NCBI GenBank assembly: GCA_050251055.1
Contig: JBFWNL010000016.1
Coordinates: forward strand, 1 to 16,753
DNA length: 16,753 bases
Source: Bacteriovoracia bacterium
GTDB lineage: Bacteria > Bdellovibrionota > UBA1018 > JBFWNL01
Direction of reading: 5' to 3'
Shown here: in pieces, positions 15,376 to 16,753 of the stretch
Layout: each line of letters begins with the position of its first letter
Position numbering within the stretch: the first letter of the stretch is position 1
The notes under the pieces: model-generated
What the model was told of the DNA's origin: nothing
Seen by the model: only the letters and a program-made list of their open reading frames with translations
Databases searched by the model: none
Program-made: the position numbers and the translations under genes

Positions 15376-16753
15376 GTGAAAGCATCCACCCCGTCTCGCG
15401 CAAGCAAAAAAAATCCGCCGCGTCCTGCTCCGCCCGAGCTTTCACCCACTGCCCCCAGCCTCAAGACGCCAGCCACTTCGGCCACCGCGAAGGACCGCGT
15501 CATTGGCGGGCTCGTCGCTCCATTGAACTCTAATGTAACCCCGACCGAGCAACTCCGAATGCTGCTCAAGGTCGTAAAGGGCGTACGGGATGGGAATTTC
15601 ACCGTGCGCATGCAGGTGGCCAGTGAAGGGATTATCAGCGAAATCGGCGAGGTGATGAACGATATCATCGAGCTAAATGAAAATATGGCGAACGAGTTCA
15701 TCCGCGTTCGCAAGACCATTGGCCAGGAAGGCCGAATGAATGAACGTCTCACCATGGGCTTCATCAAGGGCTCCTGGGCGACGAGCGTGAATTCCGTCAA
15801 CGCCCTCATCGGCGACCTGGTGCAACCCACCACCGAAGCCGCGCGCGTGATTACGGCGGTAGCCAAGGGCGATCTTTCGCAGCAGATGGTCATGGAGATC
15901 GACGGCCGTCCCCTGATGGGTGAGTTCGCGCGCATCGGCAAAACAGTGAACTCCATGGTGGACCAGCTCAACTCGTTCGCCGCCGAAGTGACCCGCGTCG
16001 CCAAGGAAGTCGGCACCGAGGGAAAATTGGGCGGGCAAGCGAACGTGAAGGGCGTGTCGGGGATTTGGAAAGACCTCACCGACAACGTGAACGGCCTGGC
16101 GGCTAACTTGACGGATCAGGTGCGAAACATCGCGAAGGTCACCACCGCTGTGGCGAAGGGCGACTTATCCCAAAAAATTACCGTGGATGCCAAGGGCGAG
16201 ATTTACGAACTGAAGACCACCATCAACGTCATGGTGGATCAGCTCAACTCGTTCGCCGCCGAAGTGACCCGCGTCGCCAAAGAAGTCGGTACCGAAGGAA
16301 AGCTGGGCGGTCAAGCCGACGTGAAGGGCGTCAGCGGTACTTGGAAAGACCTCACCGATAACGTGAACGGCCTGGCGGGTAACCTCACCGCCCAGGTGCG
16401 AAACATCGCTAAAGTCACCACCGCCGTCGCCAACGGCGACCTCTCCCAAAAAATCACCGTCGACGCCAAGGGCGAAATCTACGAGCTCAAGAACACGATT
16501 AACGTCATGGTGGATCAGCTACGCTCCTTCGCCTCCGAAGTGACCCGCGTCGCCAAGGAAGTCGGCACCGAAGGAAAGCTGGGCGGACAAGCCGACGTGA
16601 AGGGCGTCAGCGGTACTTGGAAAGACCTCACCGATAACGTGAACGGCCTGGCGGGTAACCTCACCGCCCAGGTGCGAAACATCGCAAAAGTGACGACCGC
16701 CGTCGCCAACGGCGACCTCTCCCAAAAAATCACCGTCGACGCCAAGGGTGAAA
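15376..16753 (+). CDS. Poly-HAMP domain protein, probable cytoplasmic hybrid histidine kinase (NIK1/Os-1/OsaA-like), truncated by window end
   Basis: Not in the ORF track; GTG 15376 after AAGGA, open to the end. Pro-rich N-terminus, then 92-aa repeats [82 protein letters not shown]. Kinase domains are not visible. Confidence 0.9.
   Translation, partial: MKASTPSRASKKNPPRPAPPELSPTAPSLKTPATSATAKDRVIGGLVAPLNSNVTPTEQLRMLLKVVKGVRDGNFTVRMQVASEGIISEIGEVMNDIIELNENMANEFIRVRKTIGQEGRMNERLTMGFIKGSWATSVNSVNALIGDLVQPTTEAARVITAVAKGDLSQQMVMEIDGRPLMGEFARIGKTVNSMVDQLNSFAAEVTRVAKEVGTEGKLGGQANVKGVSGIWKDLTDNVNGLAANLTDQVRNIAKVTTAVAKGDLSQKITVDAKGEIYELKTTINVMVDQLNSFAAEVTRVAKEVGTEGKLGGQADVKGVSGTWKDLTDNVNGLAGNLTAQVRNIAKVTTAVANGDLSQKITVDAKGEIYELKNTINVMVDQLRSFASEVTRVAKEVGTEGKLGGQADVKGVSGTWKDLTDNVNGLAGNLTAQVRNIAKVTTAVANGDLSQKITVDAKGE
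15955..16753 (+). repeat. 276-bp intragenic tandem repeat (about 3 copies visible)
   Basis: ATGGTGGA(C/T)CAGCT recurs at 15955, 16231 and 16507. Confidence 0.95.

Noticed and set aside
15321-16745. Minus-strand repeated ORFs, and the 276-bp repeat as a CRISPR or mobile repeat
   Set aside because: The repeat is in-frame coding for HAMP units on the plus strand, with no spacers or cas genes; the minus ORFs are shadows.

Overview
GC-rich bacterial chromosomal window; gene content and sigma54-rich regulation suggest Bdellovibrionota or a related deltaproteobacterial lineage (inference). (1) 1-5950: leucine/isovalerate catabolism (liu) locus. The methylcrotonyl-CoA carboxylase beta gene is divergent from a coupled operon of methylglutaconyl-CoA hydratase, a split carboxylase alpha subunit (biotin carboxylase plus BCCP), HMG-CoA lyase and a truncated plsC. 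(2) 6105-10798: accessory genes, namely a secreted Cys-rich orphan, a small membrane protein behind a sigma54 motif, a NudB-like NUDIX hydrolase, a secreted DKxGH-motif protein and a secreted phospholipase D. (3) 10813-16753: a sigma54 signalling island with a poly-HAMP (NIK1/OsaA-like) probable hybrid kinase (truncated), an Hpt protein, a single-domain receiver and an NtrC-family activator. The island has five -24/-12 promoter motifs and a recurring palindrome (TGTGCCAA-N-TTGGCACA). Its candidate outputs are one HPF/RaiA-family protein, two divergent HPF/dsRBD-fold-like proteins and a small Zn-finger protein. This island is the best candidate for an undescribed system, possibly a phosphorelay controlling ribosome hibernation or dormancy. 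No RNA genes, CRISPR arrays or mobile elements were recognised.
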